A stretch of DNA of 64,000 bases from an uncultured cyanobacterium (GCA_963793425.1 CAWCAG010000009.1:544001-608000); one strand, 5' to 3'. Positions 47,123-59,229 are shown, counted from the stretch's first letter. Program-made: numbers and translations. The notes: generated from the sequence alone by a model not told the origin.

Positions 47123-47412
47123 AAAGTTAAGTTTATTGACCTCTCCTATATTTTTACAAATCTACATAATTTCCAGAGTGTACACAAGTAAGGTATGGGT
47201 TAGCAATCATACTTCTGAGGGAATAGGGGTAATTCAGTAAAGAAATCAAAAAGTTCCTTGATAATTCATGTTAAGAAAAGTAGCTAAATCTAAACCTTGA
47301 TTGCAAGATTGTCTCTACGTTCTAGCAGCATCTAAAGCAAATGGTATCGTAAGTAACATCTCTTCTTGAAAAATGACTTTCCCTGTAATTAAACTCGTTG
47401 AGTAAAGCCCCT

Positions 47413-47589
47413 ATGTATAAAAAAAAGGTTGATAAGAATTTCTGGACTTCTATGGCTATAGCTACAGTAGGAGCAGGTATAGTTACGTCTTTTGCGGTTA
47501 GCCAAGGACAGCATCCTCTATTGGCTTTAGCTTTGACTATTATTGCTGCGTCTTGCGCTGTCATCTGCGATCGCTTAGGAATTATTTAA
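47413..47589 (+). CDS. Small two-TM hypothetical protein
   Basis: 58 aa from ATG 47413; hairpin terminator at about 47616-47665. Confidence 0.6.
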   Translation: MYKKKVDKNFWTSMAIATVGAGIVTSFAVSQGQHPLLALALTIIAASCAVICDRLGII

Positions 47590-47670
47590 ACAAAAAGTAA
47601 ATGATTTTCGCTTTCCCGTAGTTGAAGTTGGTTTTTCTGGCAGATTTTGACTACGGTTCCTTTTTGCTTA

Positions 47671-47698
47671 TTTTGAAAACCTATGTAGGTTTTCAAAA
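47671..47698. repeat. 13-bp-arm inverted repeat
   Basis: TTTTGAAAACCTA-TG-TAGGTTTTCAAAA. Confidence 0.7.
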
Positions 47699-47765
47699 AC
47701 TTAATGGAGTTTGAGTTTGTAGGATTGCTATATACTAGCGGGAAAATTAGCAAAAATAGCAAATT

Positions 47766-48659
47766 ATGGAAGCTTTTGCATATCTTCAGTTAGAGTTGGC
47801 ACAGGAGGAGACTTCCGAATTGCCGCCAGATTACAATTTACCTGATTTACAAGGTTTAGCCGGAAATGCTCAACTTTATTTAGTTTCTCTAATTAGTGTA
47901 CTTTTGATTTTGAGTACTACAGGAGAAACCTTAGCTCAGTCTAATAATATTCTTCAAGAAGGTAGTGTTGGTGATGAAGTTGAGCAAGTTGAATTTCAAT
48001 TAAAACAACTTGGCTATTTTAAGGAAACTCCAAATCAATTCTTCACTATTTCTACAGTTACTGCTGTGGAAAGATTTCAAATCAATTATAGCCTGGGAGT
48101 AGATGGAAAAGTTGGACCTGAAACCAGGGGAGAATTGAATCGGTTAACAAATATCCCACCTTCATCCTCACCAGATAGAATTAACCGTTTTAATACTGGA
48201 GATACTGGAGGTGTTTTTCAAGTTACCTCACCAATCTTGAGTCCAAATCAAGGTAATAGGGCTGAGGTAAGATTACTACAGCAAGAACTTGCTCGTAGAG
48301 AATATTATTTGGGTAACATAGATGGAATTTATGGCCCACAAACAAAATTCGCAGTAGAGCGATTTCAAAGGGAGAATAGGTTAAGACTAGTTGATGGTAT
48401 AGCTGGACAAGAAACCTTAGAAAGATTAGGTTTACGGACAGCCTTAACCATTCAAAACCAACCCTATGTAGTTGTAGTACCAGGAATAGATGAGTTGGCT
48501 GTAGATAGTGCTTTAGGAAGCTCTGAGGCTATTTTAGCCCGGTCAAGAAGAGGCAGCTATATTAATGCGGGAAGCTTCACGAGTAGGAATGAAGCAGAAA
48601 GCCGTGCCTACCTTCTAAAAGCGAAAGGATTTGATGCCAGGGTGGTGTATAAACCCTAA
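47766..48659 (+). CDS. Peptidoglycan-binding domain protein
   Basis: Two PG_binding_1-like repeats (AVERFQ..L.VDG..G.ET); SPOR-like C-terminus. Confidence 0.85.
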   Translation: MEAFAYLQLELAQEETSELPPDYNLPDLQGLAGNAQLYLVSLISVLLILSTTGETLAQSNNILQEGSVGDEVEQVEFQLKQLGYFKETPNQFFTISTVTAVERFQINYSLGVDGKVGPETRGELNRLTNIPPSSSPDRINRFNTGDTGGVFQVTSPILSPNQGNRAEVRLLQQELARREYYLGNIDGIYGPQTKFAVERFQRENRLRLVDGIAGQETLERLGLRTALTIQNQPYVVVVPGIDELAVDSALGSSEAILARSRRGSYINAGSFTSRNEAESRAYLLKAKGFDARVVYKP

Positions 48660-48690
48660 CCACAAATCCTTTTCTTTTTGTTTAATAAGC

Positions 48691-49935
48691 TTAATTTAGA
48701 ACATCCAGGTAATCTCTAATCCTTTCCCGACGCTTAGGTTGACGCAACTTTTGCAGTGCTTTTGATTCAATTTGTCTGACTCGTTCACGAGATAAATCAA
48801 GGGCGCGGCCAATTTCTGCTAAAGAGTAGGGGTTGCCGTCTCCTAAACCGAAACGCATCCGAATTACATCTCTTTCACGGGAAGTCAAATCTGCTAACAG
48901 ATTATGCAAGTCCCTTTGCAAAGCTTCTCGCATCAATGATTCTTCAGGAGAAATATATTCTGTTTCTAGTAAATCTCCTAATTCTGTGTCCTTTTCCTTA
49001 CCAACTTTAACTTCTAAAGATACTGAACGAGGAACCCGCAGCAATACTTCCCGAATTTGCGGTACGGTCATTTTTAACTCTTTGGCAACATCATCCATGG
49101 TTGGGGTTCTACCCTTTTCCTGGGAGATTTTGCGCTGAGCTTTTTTAATTTTGTTCAGTTTCTCAGTTATGTGAACTGGTAGGCGAATAGTACGGCTTTG
49201 AGTTGCGATCGCCCTAGTAATACCTTGGCGAATCCACCAATAGGCATAGGTACTGAAGCGATAACCTTTGGTAGGATCAAATTTCTCGACTGCCCTTTCG
49301 ATGCCTAAAGTACCTTCTTGAATCAAATCTAGTAATTCTAAACCACGATTTTGATACTTTTTTGCTACAGATACAACCAAGCGCAAATTCGCTTTAATCA
49401 TATGTTCTTTAGCTTTGACACCTGCTTTTTGTAAGCTATCTAATTCTTTAGGTGTAAGTTCGGCAACTTCTGCCCAACGCTGTTTTCCAGCTACTAAGGC
49501 TTCCTTCATTTTGGGAACTTCCATTTCCGCAGCAGTAGCCCATTTTTCCCAGGAGGGGCGATGTCCTAATTTAGATACTAATCGGTCATGAATTTCAATT
49601 AATTTTAAGTAGCGCTCAACTACTTCATCACCCTGTTCAGCAATTTCTGCGCGCAATTCCAACAAAGACATATGACGTTGAATTTTTTGGGCTTCAGAAA
49701 CTTCTTGATCTCTCCTTAATAGGGGGACTCGACCAATTTCTTGGAGATAAAGTCTCACTAAATCTGTGGTAGTACGACTAGCTGATTTTGACGAGCTTTT
49801 GTCTTTATCTAATTCTATTTCAACCAAACCTTCTTCTGGTTGTCCAACTGAATTGCTCGTATCACTTATACCAAAACCATCAATAGGTAGAGTATTGGTG
49901 TTTGATGTATCGAGATAAAAAGAAGTAGCTGGCAT
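48691..49935 (-). CDS. sigC: Group 2 RNA polymerase sigma factor SigC
   Basis: MPATSFY N-terminus; DLVRLYLQEIG, ANLRLVVSVAKKY, FSTYAYWWIRQ and SRERVRQIE motifs. Confidence 0.85.
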   Translation of the reverse strand: MPATSFYLDTSNTNTLPIDGFGISDTSNSVGQPEEGLVEIELDKDKSSSKSASRTTTDLVRLYLQEIGRVPLLRRDQEVSEAQKIQRHMSLLELRAEIAEQGDEVVERYLKLIEIHDRLVSKLGHRPSWEKWATAAEMEVPKMKEALVAGKQRWAEVAELTPKELDSLQKAGVKAKEHMIKANLRLVVSVAKKYQNRGLELLDLIQEGTLGIERAVEKFDPTKGYRFSTYAYWWIRQGITRAIATQSRTIRLPVHITEKLNKIKKAQRKISQEKGRTPTMDDVAKELKMTVPQIREVLLRVPRSVSLEVKVGKEKDTELGDLLETEYISPEESLMREALQRDLHNLLADLTSRERDVIRMRFGLGDGNPYSLAEIGRALDLSRERVRQIESKALQKLRQPKRRERIRDYLDVLN

Positions 49936-50489
49936 AACGATTTCTCTATTACGAACGGCAACAGCAGGGTTGAACTTTCAAGTTACTGCCTAGTGCTATA
50001 TTTCCCAATTTGGGTAACTAATCAACATAAGGATTTTAAATCAGACAACACACTTATGTTGCTATCTATCCTTACCTATTAGTTTAAGCATTTACAGGAA
50101 TAAGCTGTGTGACTTCAATCAAATGCGGTGTTAATCTACGTCACCAAAAAAGATGATTTGGGATCTATTTTTTGTTTTGAAGGGCTGTTAAGGCTGATAT
50201 TGCTTGGGTTGAGACTTTTTAGTAAAGATGTCTAAAGTTTATCTTTTAAAGAATAGCTAGGTACAGATACAGGTTATGAAAATAGCTTATAAAAAATTAA
50301 CTCAGAAAATGCACTTATAATCTCAGTAACTACTAATGTTTTAAAATTAATTTTTGGATTTAGCTAGTAGTTAATACGAATTAGGAAGAGAGTCAAAAAT
50401 CAGCCATTATAATTCTAACCATAAAAATCTTTTTTCAGATGAAAATTATTAATAACTTAATAATTAAAAACAACTAAATTAAGTTTAGG

Positions 50490-51368
50490 TTAAAATTTAG
50501 GGCGAGGATACTTTTGTATTAGTTCTTTCACTTGTTCAGCGTGATAGGAACTACGAGTGAGGGGGCTAGAAACAACTTGGAGGAAACCGATCGAATTGCC
50601 GAATTCTTGCCAAGCCGCAAATTGAGTTGGGGTAACAAAATCTTGCACTCCTAGGTGTTTTTGGGAAGGTTGTAGATATTGTCCAATGGTTAAAATGTCG
50701 CAATCTACCCGCCGTAAATCGGTAATTACTTCTCTAACTTCAGCATCTTCTTCTCCTAGCCCTACCATAATTCCTGACTTGCTATAAACCCAAGGGGCAA
50801 TTTGGCGAGTGCGTTGTAAAAGTTCTAGGGAGCGTTGATAATTTCCTTGGGGACGTACTCTTTTATATAAGCGCTTAATTGTCTCTGTATTGTGATTGAG
50901 TACATCCGGTTGGGCTTGTAAGATTGTTTCTAATGCATCCCAGTTGCCACACAGATCGGGGATCAGTACTTCGATGGTGGTTTGGGGGGAAGCTTTGCGT
51001 ACTTCTTCTATACAGCGCACAAATTGACTTGCCCCGCCGTCAGGTAAGTCATCTCGGTTAACAGAAGTGATGACGACATGATTTAACTGTAAGCGTTTGA
51101 CTGCTTCTGCTAAACGCCAAGGTTCAGTAGGATCTAAAGATTGGGGCTTTTTCTCAAAATCTATATCACAATAGGGGCAAGCGCGGGTACAAGCTGGCCC
51201 CATAATCAGGAAAGTAGCTGTACCAACGCTGAAGCATTCGCCAATGTTAGGACAGGAGGCTTCTTCGCAAACTGTATTTAAAGACAAATCACGCAGAATT
51301 TCTTTGACGCTACCAACGCGCTGCCATTGAGGTGCTTTTACCCGTAACCAATCTGGTTTGACTACCAC
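50490..51368 (-). CDS. lipA: Lipoyl synthase
   Basis: [20 protein letters not shown] and RSSY motifs. Confidence 0.96.
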   Translation of the reverse strand: MVVKPDWLRVKAPQWQRVGSVKEILRDLSLNTVCEEASCPNIGECFSVGTATFLIMGPACTRACPYCDIDFEKKPQSLDPTEPWRLAEAVKRLQLNHVVITSVNRDDLPDGGASQFVRCIEEVRKASPQTTIEVLIPDLCGNWDALETILQAQPDVLNHNTETIKRLYKRVRPQGNYQRSLELLQRTRQIAPWVYSKSGIMVGLGEEDAEVREVITDLRRVDCDILTIGQYLQPSQKHLGVQDFVTPTQFAAWQEFGNSIGFLQVVSSPLTRSSYHAEQVKELIQKYPRPKF

Positions 51369-51500
51369 AGCTTTTCAATTATTAGTTATCAATGATTAAT
51401 GATCAGTTTATCAATAATTTAGGGGATGATGAGATGAGGAATAAATTAGCGATTAGCGATTTCCCTCAAATCGTTACGTGTTATAATTATCGACTTGTAG

Positions 51501-51574
51501 CGGGATGTGGCGCAGCTTGGTAGCGCACTTCGTTCGGGACGAAGGGGCCGCTGGTTCGAATCCAGTCATCCCGA
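51501..51574 (+). tRNA. tRNA-Pro(CGG)
   Basis: CGGGATGTGGCGCAGCTTGGTAGCGCACTTCGTTCGGGACGAAG...GGTTCGAATCC...CCCGA; TATAAT at 51482. Confidence 0.95.
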
Positions 51575-51674
51575 TTTTTGATACACTCGACTAAATTTGT
51601 TGCCTCAGTTCTTTAGTCAGCAAGAGAACATAAAGGATTTAAGATTACTTGCAGATATTGAAATAGGTAAATTG

Positions 51675-53474
51675 ATGAAACTATTTTCCTTCCAGACTAT
51701 TAATTGGCAACACTGGTTCACTATTGCGATCGCCTCAATTTTAGGGATGGTGCTTAGTTCTTGTAACTTGAGTGCTTTGGAAAAAGAAGTTGCTCAGGTT
51801 CCAGAAATGGTAACAGGAATGTTGAGTGATCCCAGTACTTTTAATTATGCCCTAAATCAAGAATTTCCTAACATCTTTTTGCGTACTTATGAAGGGTTGG
51901 TTGGAGAAAATAGTCAAACAGCAGAAATTGAGCCTGCTTTAGCAGAAAGTTGGGAGATTTCTGAGGATGGTTTGGAATTTGTCTTTACTCTGCGGGAAGG
52001 GTTGAAATGGTCTGATGGCGAACCATTAGATGCTGATGATGTTGTCTTTACCTATAATGATGTTTATCTTAATGAAGAAATTCCTACTGACGCTAGAGAT
52101 GCTTTAAGAATTGGCGAAAGTAGGGCTTTTCCTAAAGTGGAAAAGCTTGATGATTTAAAAGTAAAATTTACTCTGCCAGAATCCTTTGCTCCCTTTCTAG
52201 GAACGGCTGAGTTATATATATTACCAGAACACGCTTTAAGGGAAGCAGTGGAGACAAAAAACCAGGACGGTAAACCGAAGTTTTTAAGTACTTGGGGAGT
52301 TGATACACCACCCAAAGAAGTAATTGTTAATGGCCCTTATCAATTAGCAAGATATCAAACTAATCAAAGGGTTATTTTTAGGCGTAATCCTTACTATTGG
52401 CGCAAAGATGAACAAGGCAGTCAACTACCGTATATTGAGAGAATGGTCTGGGAAATTGTTGAGAATACCGATACTTCTTTATTACAATTTCGTTCTGGTA
52501 GTTTAGATGCCGTAGGAGTTACGCCAGAATTTTTCTCTTTACTAAAACGGGAGGAAGATAAAGGTGATTTTAGGATTTATAATGCTGGACCAGCTTACGG
52601 ACAAACTTTCTTTTCTTTCAATCTTAATAAAGGTAAACGAGACGGTAAGCCTTTAGTAGATCCGGTTAAATCTCGTTGGTTTAATACTGTAGAATTTCGC
52701 CGTGCCGTTGCCCATGCGATAGATCGCGAAGGAATGGTTAATAATATTTTTCGTGGCATTGGTGAACCACAAAATTCTCCTCTTTCTATTCAGTCTCCTT
52801 TTTATCTTTCCCCAAAAGAAGGTCTACCGGTTTATGATTACGATTTAGATAAATCTAGACAGTTGTTAAAAGAGGCGGGCTTTGAATATAAAGGTGATGA
52901 ACTTTTTGATAGTGAAGGCAATCGTATTCGTTTTAGGTTAATCACTAATGCAGGTAATAAAATTCGAGAATCTATGGCAGCACAAATCAAACAAGATTTG
53001 AGTAAGATTGGTATTCAAGTAGACTTTTCCCCCATTGCTTTTAATACTTTAGTAGAAAAACTTTCTAATTCGTTGGAATGGGAATGTTATTTGCTTGGTT
53101 TCACTGGGGGCAACGAACCCAATAGCGGCAGCAATCTTTGGAATGTTGAAGGAGGATTACATACTTTTAATCAAAAACCTTTACCAGGACAAGCAGAGAT
53201 TGAAGGTAGAGAAGTATATAATTGGGAACAACAAATTAGCGATCTTTATATTCAAGGGGCAAGGGAAATAGATATAGAAAAGCGTAAAGAAATTTACGGT
53301 CAAACACAAATTTTAACTCAAGAATATTTACCAATGATTCATTTAGTTAATCCCCTGGCGTTGGGGGCAGTACGCAATCATATTGAGGGTGTAGAGTATG
53401 TAGCTTTACCGGATAAGTTTTGGAATAGCTATGAAATAAAAGATACTTCTTTTCAAAAAGAATTGACTGAGTAA
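51675..53474 (+). CDS. Peptide/nickel ABC transporter substrate-binding lipoprotein (SBP family 5)
   Basis: Lipobox LSSC; PALAESW, LREGLKWSDG and NGPY motifs. Confidence 0.9.
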   Translation: MKLFSFQTINWQHWFTIAIASILGMVLSSCNLSALEKEVAQVPEMVTGMLSDPSTFNYALNQEFPNIFLRTYEGLVGENSQTAEIEPALAESWEISEDGLEFVFTLREGLKWSDGEPLDADDVVFTYNDVYLNEEIPTDARDALRIGESRAFPKVEKLDDLKVKFTLPESFAPFLGTAELYILPEHALREAVETKNQDGKPKFLSTWGVDTPPKEVIVNGPYQLARYQTNQRVIFRRNPYYWRKDEQGSQLPYIERMVWEIVENTDTSLLQFRSGSLDAVGVTPEFFSLLKREEDKGDFRIYNAGPAYGQTFFSFNLNKGKRDGKPLVDPVKSRWFNTVEFRRAVAHAIDREGMVNNIFRGIGEPQNSPLSIQSPFYLSPKEGLPVYDYDLDKSRQLLKEAGFEYKGDELFDSEGNRIRFRLITNAGNKIRESMAAQIKQDLSKIGIQVDFSPIAFNTLVEKLSNSLEWECYLLGFTGGNEPNSGSNLWNVEGGLHTFNQKPLPGQAEIEGREVYNWEQQISDLYIQGAREIDIEKRKEIYGQTQILTQEYLPMIHLVNPLALGAVRNHIEGVEYVALPDKFWNSYEIKDTSFQKELTE

Positions 53475-53494
53475 TTGCTAGTTGCTATTAGAAT

Positions 53495-54265
<771 letters not shown>

Positions 54266-54346
54266 TAGGTAATAAATTTAATTTACTTGTGGAGATAATA
54301 GTATATTCTTGTAGCATTTTAGATAACAACTAGCAACTAGCAATTT

Positions 54347-55936
54347 TTAATTTAATCCTGCTTCTAAACCTATTTCTAATTCGTATTCACTGGCAGCAAC
54401 ACCATTGACGAGATCAACTTCTATAAAGTAAGTTCCATCTTTAGGAACTGTTCCTTGCCACAAACGAGTATTAGTTGCCCTAGAATTTATAGGTTGTTGG
54501 TTAATTCCGAATAGAGAAACTGTCACTTCTCCACGAATAATAGCAAAATTTAAACGCTGCCCTTCTGATAAAAAAACTTTATAAGAAACTCCCGTATCTT
54601 TTTCTAAACTACCTGATTGGGTCACACTTTCACTCTCTTGTAAAGAGAGACTTTCTTTTCTCATCGGTTTAGAAGTAATAGAGAAATTGGGATTATTGGG
54701 ATTACCAGCAGCCCCTTGTTGAGGCGGAGGTAAACGCCCTGGCGGCGGTGGAGGTAAGTTTCCTGGAGGTGGAGAGGGTGCTGTTTGCCCTGTGGTTACA
54801 GGTTGTTGAGAAATAACTCCTTGAGGAGAAGAAACTAAAGATTTAATCATCGCTGCAAAGGCAATAATAATAACACCAAGAATGCTAGTTCCAATAATTA
54901 AAATAGTTAGGGGACTATTACGACTTGAACGCTTTTTTTGAGGATAAGGATTGTTTCTTTGGTGAGTTCTTACGGTTCCTTTTGCTAAGGAAGTTACCTT
55001 ACTTCCAGAAGAAGAATTACTGAGTTCTGTAGTATTTTTTCCTGTAGAAATTAAGGTTTCAGCTTGATGAGGAGAAGCTGTATCTGTAACTAAATCAGCT
55101 ATGGAACGCAATGCTTGGGCAGCCTCTGTAGCTGATTGGTAACGACTATTAGGACGGGGACTCATCATCCGGTTTAAAATCCCTCCCAGATGAAAACTCA
55201 GGGTTGGTATCCACTGTTGCCAACGCCAAGTCATGGTATGCTGGTCGAATAATTCCTGGGGTTCTCTCCCGGTTAAAAGAACTACTCCGGTGACCGCTAA
55301 AGCATAAATGTCACTATTAGGAAAAACATTGCCTGTTTGTAGCTGTTCGTTAGGAGAGTAGCCGACTTTACCCACTGTAGTTGCTTGAATGGCAGTTTCT
55401 TCTTCTAACTGAGCTACTTTTTCTTTCACTACCCCAAAATCGATTAATACAGGTAGGTCGTCTTTTGCTCTATGAATAATATTATCAGGGGAAATATCGC
55501 GGTGAATAAGCCCTTGGTTATGAATATGTTCTAAAACTGGTAACATTGCTTGGAAGAACTTAACTATTTCTGTTTGCGTAAATGTTTCTCCTTGAATTTG
55601 ACGTTCTTCTAGTAACTGACTATAGGTTTTTCCTTCTACATAATCCTGTACTAAAAACAACCGCCCTCCAGCCACAAAAGCGGCTCTAAATTTAGGGATT
55701 TGTGGATGATCTATTTTATAAAGGACCTGTGCCTCCCTTTGAAAAAGTTCTTTAGATTTTTTCAAGATAGAAGCATCTTTTCTATTGCCGGGATAATATT
55801 CTTTTAAGACACAAACTTCGTTAAAACGAGTCAAGTCTTCCACTAAATAAGTCCTACCAAAACCACCTTTACCAATGGCTTCTTTGATTTTGTACTGTTG
55901 TCTCAAGACTGTTTGTGGTGGTATGGGAGGTTGCAT
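54347..55936 (-). CDS. Membrane Ser/Thr protein kinase with Pro-rich linker and extracytoplasmic domain
   Basis: GKGGFGRTY, IHRDISPDN, LIDFG and GYSPNEQ; TM near aa 345-365; same architecture as 21313-23058. Confidence 0.92.
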   Translation of the reverse strand: MQPPIPPQTVLRQQYKIKEAIGKGGFGRTYLVEDLTRFNEVCVLKEYYPGNRKDASILKKSKELFQREAQVLYKIDHPQIPKFRAAFVAGGRLFLVQDYVEGKTYSQLLEERQIQGETFTQTEIVKFFQAMLPVLEHIHNQGLIHRDISPDNIIHRAKDDLPVLIDFGVVKEKVAQLEEETAIQATTVGKVGYSPNEQLQTGNVFPNSDIYALAVTGVVLLTGREPQELFDQHTMTWRWQQWIPTLSFHLGGILNRMMSPRPNSRYQSATEAAQALRSIADLVTDTASPHQAETLISTGKNTTELSNSSSGSKVTSLAKGTVRTHQRNNPYPQKKRSSRNSPLTILIIGTSILGVIIIAFAAMIKSLVSSPQGVISQQPVTTGQTAPSPPPGNLPPPPPGRLPPPQQGAAGNPNNPNFSITSKPMRKESLSLQESESVTQSGSLEKDTGVSYKVFLSEGQRLNFAIIRGEVTVSLFGINQQPINSRATNTRLWQGTVPKDGTYFIEVDLVNGVAASEYELEIGLEAGLN

Positions 55937-56218
55937 AGCTAAGTAATAAGTAAGCTGTTATGCTTTTAAATTGGTTTGCAAGGGGAGGGAAGCCGTAAAG
56001 ACATCTGTCGCCTCCAGGAAAACAGGATAATCGCTATTAATTATCATAATTCCCAGTTTCGAGTTCTTTTCTTGCAATTCTCAACAGTTTTTGTGTTATG
56101 GTAGCAAGCTGACTAAAAAAGCTGACACTTTACAGATCGTTTAAAATTATTAAATCTCTCGTTAATAAAATAAAAGATAGCAGCAATATTTCTGAGTCAT
56201 TATTAGTTGAAGAAATTA

Positions 56219-56659
56219 ATGAAAACTAATTGGTATCAAAAAATTGTCACTTTACTATTAATACTACTACTAAGCGCCTGTGCTGGCCCTACTCCTCCTT
56301 TAACCTTAGCACCAGGTAAAAACTTAGTGAAACAAGCTGTAGAATTACAAGTAAGTTTGGCTCAAAAACGTCTCAGTGAAAAGCTTAACGCCTCTTCTGC
56401 TGCCTGGGAAATTAGCAAAATTAAAATTAAAGACTTAAAACCTCTTTACGTTAACAACCTAGCCACTTACCATCTTAAAGGAACCTACAATTTGAAAATA
56501 AAGTTGGATGATAAAAAAGTTGAGCAAGATAAAGATGATTTTGATCTTTACTTACAACTGCAAAGAGAAGGAAAAACTTGGCGCTTATTGAAACGAGGAT
56601 TAGAAAAGGGAGAAACAGGAGAAAGTAAACCAATTTGGAAAACTTATTTAGTACGTTAA
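56219..56659 (+). CDS. Hypothetical lipoprotein
   Basis: LLLSAC lipobox. Confidence 0.7.
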   Translation: MKTNWYQKIVTLLLILLLSACAGPTPPLTLAPGKNLVKQAVELQVSLAQKRLSEKLNASSAAWEISKIKIKDLKPLYVNNLATYHLKGTYNLKIKLDDKKVEQDKDDFDLYLQLQREGKTWRLLKRGLEKGETGESKPIWKTYLVR

Positions 56660-56678
56660 CTTAGTCATTAAACTTATC

Positions 56679-56945
56679 ATGGAAAAATATCAGGCCAGCA
56701 TTTACATCACCCTTAGACCTTCAGTACTAGATCCGGCCGGTACGGCAGTACAATCTGGTATAGAACAGTTGGGTTATCAAGGAGTAGAAAAAGTTAGAAT
56801 TGGTAAATTTGTTGAGTTGACTATAACTGCTGCTAATAAACAACAAGCAGAAGAACAATTAGCACAAATTTGCGATCGCCTCTTAGCAAATACAGTGATC
56901 GAAAATTATCGTTTTGAGTTGAAAGAATTAGTTGTTAGCGGTTAG
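56679..56945 (+). CDS. purS: Phosphoribosylformylglycinamidine synthase subunit PurS
   Basis: VLDPAG, VRIGK and LLANTVIE motifs. Confidence 0.95.
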   Translation: MEKYQASIYITLRPSVLDPAGTAVQSGIEQLGYQGVEKVRIGKFVELTITAANKQQAEEQLAQICDRLLANTVIENYRFELKELVVSG

Positions 56946-57292
56946 TAATTATGAAATTTGGTATTATTGTCTTTCCTGGTTCAAACTGCGATCGCGACGT
57001 AAAAACCGTAACCAAAGGTTTGTTAAAAAAGCCAACCCGCATGGTTTGGCATCAAGAAACAGATATTAGTGAATTAGATGTAATCATTATTCCTGGCGGT
57101 TTTAGCTATGGAGATTATTTGCGCTGTGGTGCGATCGCTCGTTTTTCTCCTGTCATGAAAAGCGTACTCAATCATGCTCAACAGGGAAAATATATTTTAG
57201 GAATTTGTAACGGTTTCCAAATCTTAACGGAAGTAGGACTCTTGCCAGGGGCTTTAATTCGTAACCGAGACTTACACTTTATCTGCGATCGC
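56872..57292. repeat. HIP1 octamers (GCGATCGC), representative cluster; the motif recurs across the window
   Basis: Copies at 56872, 56988, 57131 and 57285; others at 1243, 2648 and 7686. Confidence 0.9.
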
Positions 57293-57640
57293 CTTCCCCT
57301 TAAAGTAGAAAGAACAGACTTAACTTGGACTCAAGCTTACTCTTCCGGTCAAATAATCAACTTACCCATTGCCCATGGCGAAGGTCGTTACTACGCTGAT
57401 GCTGATACCCTCAAAGCTATAGAAGATAGAGGTCAAGTAATCTTTCGTTATTGTAATCGTGATGGGGAAATTAACCAAACAAGTAATCCCAATGGTTCGG
57501 TCAATAATATTGCTGGAATCAGCAACGAACAAGGTAACATTTTAGGTATGATGCCCCATCCAGAAAGAGCCTCCGATCCTCTCCTTGGTTCTACAGAAGG
57601 AAGAAGTTTATTTACCAGCTTGCTAGAAGTTTGTGTCTAG
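56951..57640 (+). CDS. purQ: Phosphoribosylformylglycinamidine synthase subunit PurQ
   Basis: [25 protein letters not shown] and MMPHPER motifs. Confidence 0.96.
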   Translation: MKFGIIVFPGSNCDRDVKTVTKGLLKKPTRMVWHQETDISELDVIIIPGGFSYGDYLRCGAIARFSPVMKSVLNHAQQGKYILGICNGFQILTEVGLLPGALIRNRDLHFICDRLPLKVERTDLTWTQAYSSGQIINLPIAHGEGRYYADADTLKAIEDRGQVIFRYCNRDGEINQTSNPNGSVNNIAGISNEQGNILGMMPHPERASDPLLGSTEGRSLFTSLLEVCV

Positions 57641-57962
57641 CCCTGACGGTAGTTAATCTGAATGATCAAAGAAAATTTTCTTTGTTGTCAATAGCTAGTG
57701 TGCCAGTTCAAGACATTATTTTTCTGCGAGCGTTGTTTTTTCCTCTTTCGTTATATTGGTGGCACACTAACTTAGGGATTTCGCGACTAAACCTTTGCTA
57801 AGTATTAACATCCAAGTACAATTAACTATATTCCTGGATTATTTCCGGAATTCATCTACTTTTTGTTGTAATCAAATTTTCTCTCACAGAAGAGTTTATT
57901 CTCAGCCTGCTTTAGATCACAGGAAGGAAAACTTCTCTTCAGTAGTTTAAAATCAGACAAAT

Positions 57963-59207
57963 ATGCAATCTTTTCTACCTCAAGGCACTATTCTTCTACT
58001 TATTTTCGGCGGTGCAGTAGTAATGTTTTTCTCCACTCTCAAGGTGAAGAATATTCTCCGTTTATCTAGTTCCGGTGGTCAAAAGCGGAGTTGGCAAGTC
58101 TTATATTGTTTGACAATTTTCTTTCTCTGTGGCTATTCTCTAGCTTTTTATTTGGTTTGGGTAGGTAACAACAACTTATTACCTTTTTTAACAGGAATAG
58201 TTTTTCTTTCCACTGCTTGGTTCATTTTCTTTAGCATCAGCATTTACCACCAAACCTTGAGTCAAATCCTCAGCATCAAAGACGAACACAAAATAGCCCA
58301 AGAAAAAGCAGAAATTAGTTTGCATCAGGTACAGCGATCACAAATGCAATCTGTTCACAAAGAAAAAATGTCTAGCTTAGGTCAACTAGTGGCAGGAGTA
58401 GCACACGAAATCAATAATCCTGTGAACTTTATTTATGGCAACCTTTCCTATGCCAGCGAATATATTGAAGACCTTTTTAGATTATTAACTGTATATTCTC
58501 GCTATTATCCTAAACCTCCTCCTGAAGTTGCAGAAGTGGCCGAAGAAATTGATCTAGAATTCCTTAAATTAGACTTGCCTAGACTTTTAGGTTCAATGCA
58601 AATTGGTGCAGAACGAATCAGAGAAATTGTTAGTTCTCTACGTAACTTTTCTCGTCTGGATCAAGCAGAGTGTAAATTTGCCTCTTTACACGAAGGTATA
58701 GATAACACCCTGTTGCTTTTACGTAGTCGCTTCAAAATAAAACCGGGTTTGCCTTCTGTTGAACTTGCCAAAGATTATAGTAATCTTCCCTTGATTAAAT
58801 GCTTTCCCGGAGAGATTAATCAGGTATTTATGAATCTTATCAGCAATGCCATAGATACCCTCGAAGAACGTAACAATCAGCTACCCCCAGAAGAATTAGA
58901 GGTTAATCCTAGCAAAATCTGGATTAAAACCATTGCCCTAGAAGAAGACTGGGTGAGAATCACAATTAAAGATAACGGTATGGGAATGAGTGAAGAAGTT
59001 AGCAACCGCATCTTTGATCCCTTTTTTACCACCAAACCTGTAGGCAAAGGAACAGGACTAGGTTTATCTATTAGTCATCAAATCATTGTTGAAAAACATG
59101 GTGGTCGTCTCCGCTTTTTTTCCACTCCCAGCAAGGGAACTGAGTTTGTCGTTGAACTACCCGTCCAAAAAGTCTCTAACCCTGTTACTATAGCTTCCCC
59201 AGTTTGA
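57963..59207 (+). CDS. Sensor histidine kinase with 3-TM N-terminal input domain
   Basis: Three hydrophobic helices (W.VL..L..FFL.GY); GVAHEINNP, NQVFMNLISNAID and GKGTGLGL. Confidence 0.9.
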   Translation: MQSFLPQGTILLLIFGGAVVMFFSTLKVKNILRLSSSGGQKRSWQVLYCLTIFFLCGYSLAFYLVWVGNNNLLPFLTGIVFLSTAWFIFFSISIYHQTLSQILSIKDEHKIAQEKAEISLHQVQRSQMQSVHKEKMSSLGQLVAGVAHEINNPVNFIYGNLSYASEYIEDLFRLLTVYSRYYPKPPPEVAEVAEEIDLEFLKLDLPRLLGSMQIGAERIREIVSSLRNFSRLDQAECKFASLHEGIDNTLLLLRSRFKIKPGLPSVELAKDYSNLPLIKCFPGEINQVFMNLISNAIDTLEERNNQLPPEELEVNPSKIWIKTIALEEDWVRITIKDNGMGMSEEVSNRIFDPFFTTKPVGKGTGLGLSISHQIIVEKHGGRLRFFSTPSKGTEFVVELPVQKVSNPVTIASPV

Positions 59208-59229
59208 TGGGTTATGAAGCCAAAATTTC

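Noticed and set aside
51501..51700. tRNA-Pro as an integration site
   Set aside because: No integrase, no duplicated tRNA 3' end noticed, and core genes on both sides
57760..57775. Sigma54 -24 motif TGGCAC
   Set aside because: No TTGC at -12, and cyanobacteria are not known to use sigma54
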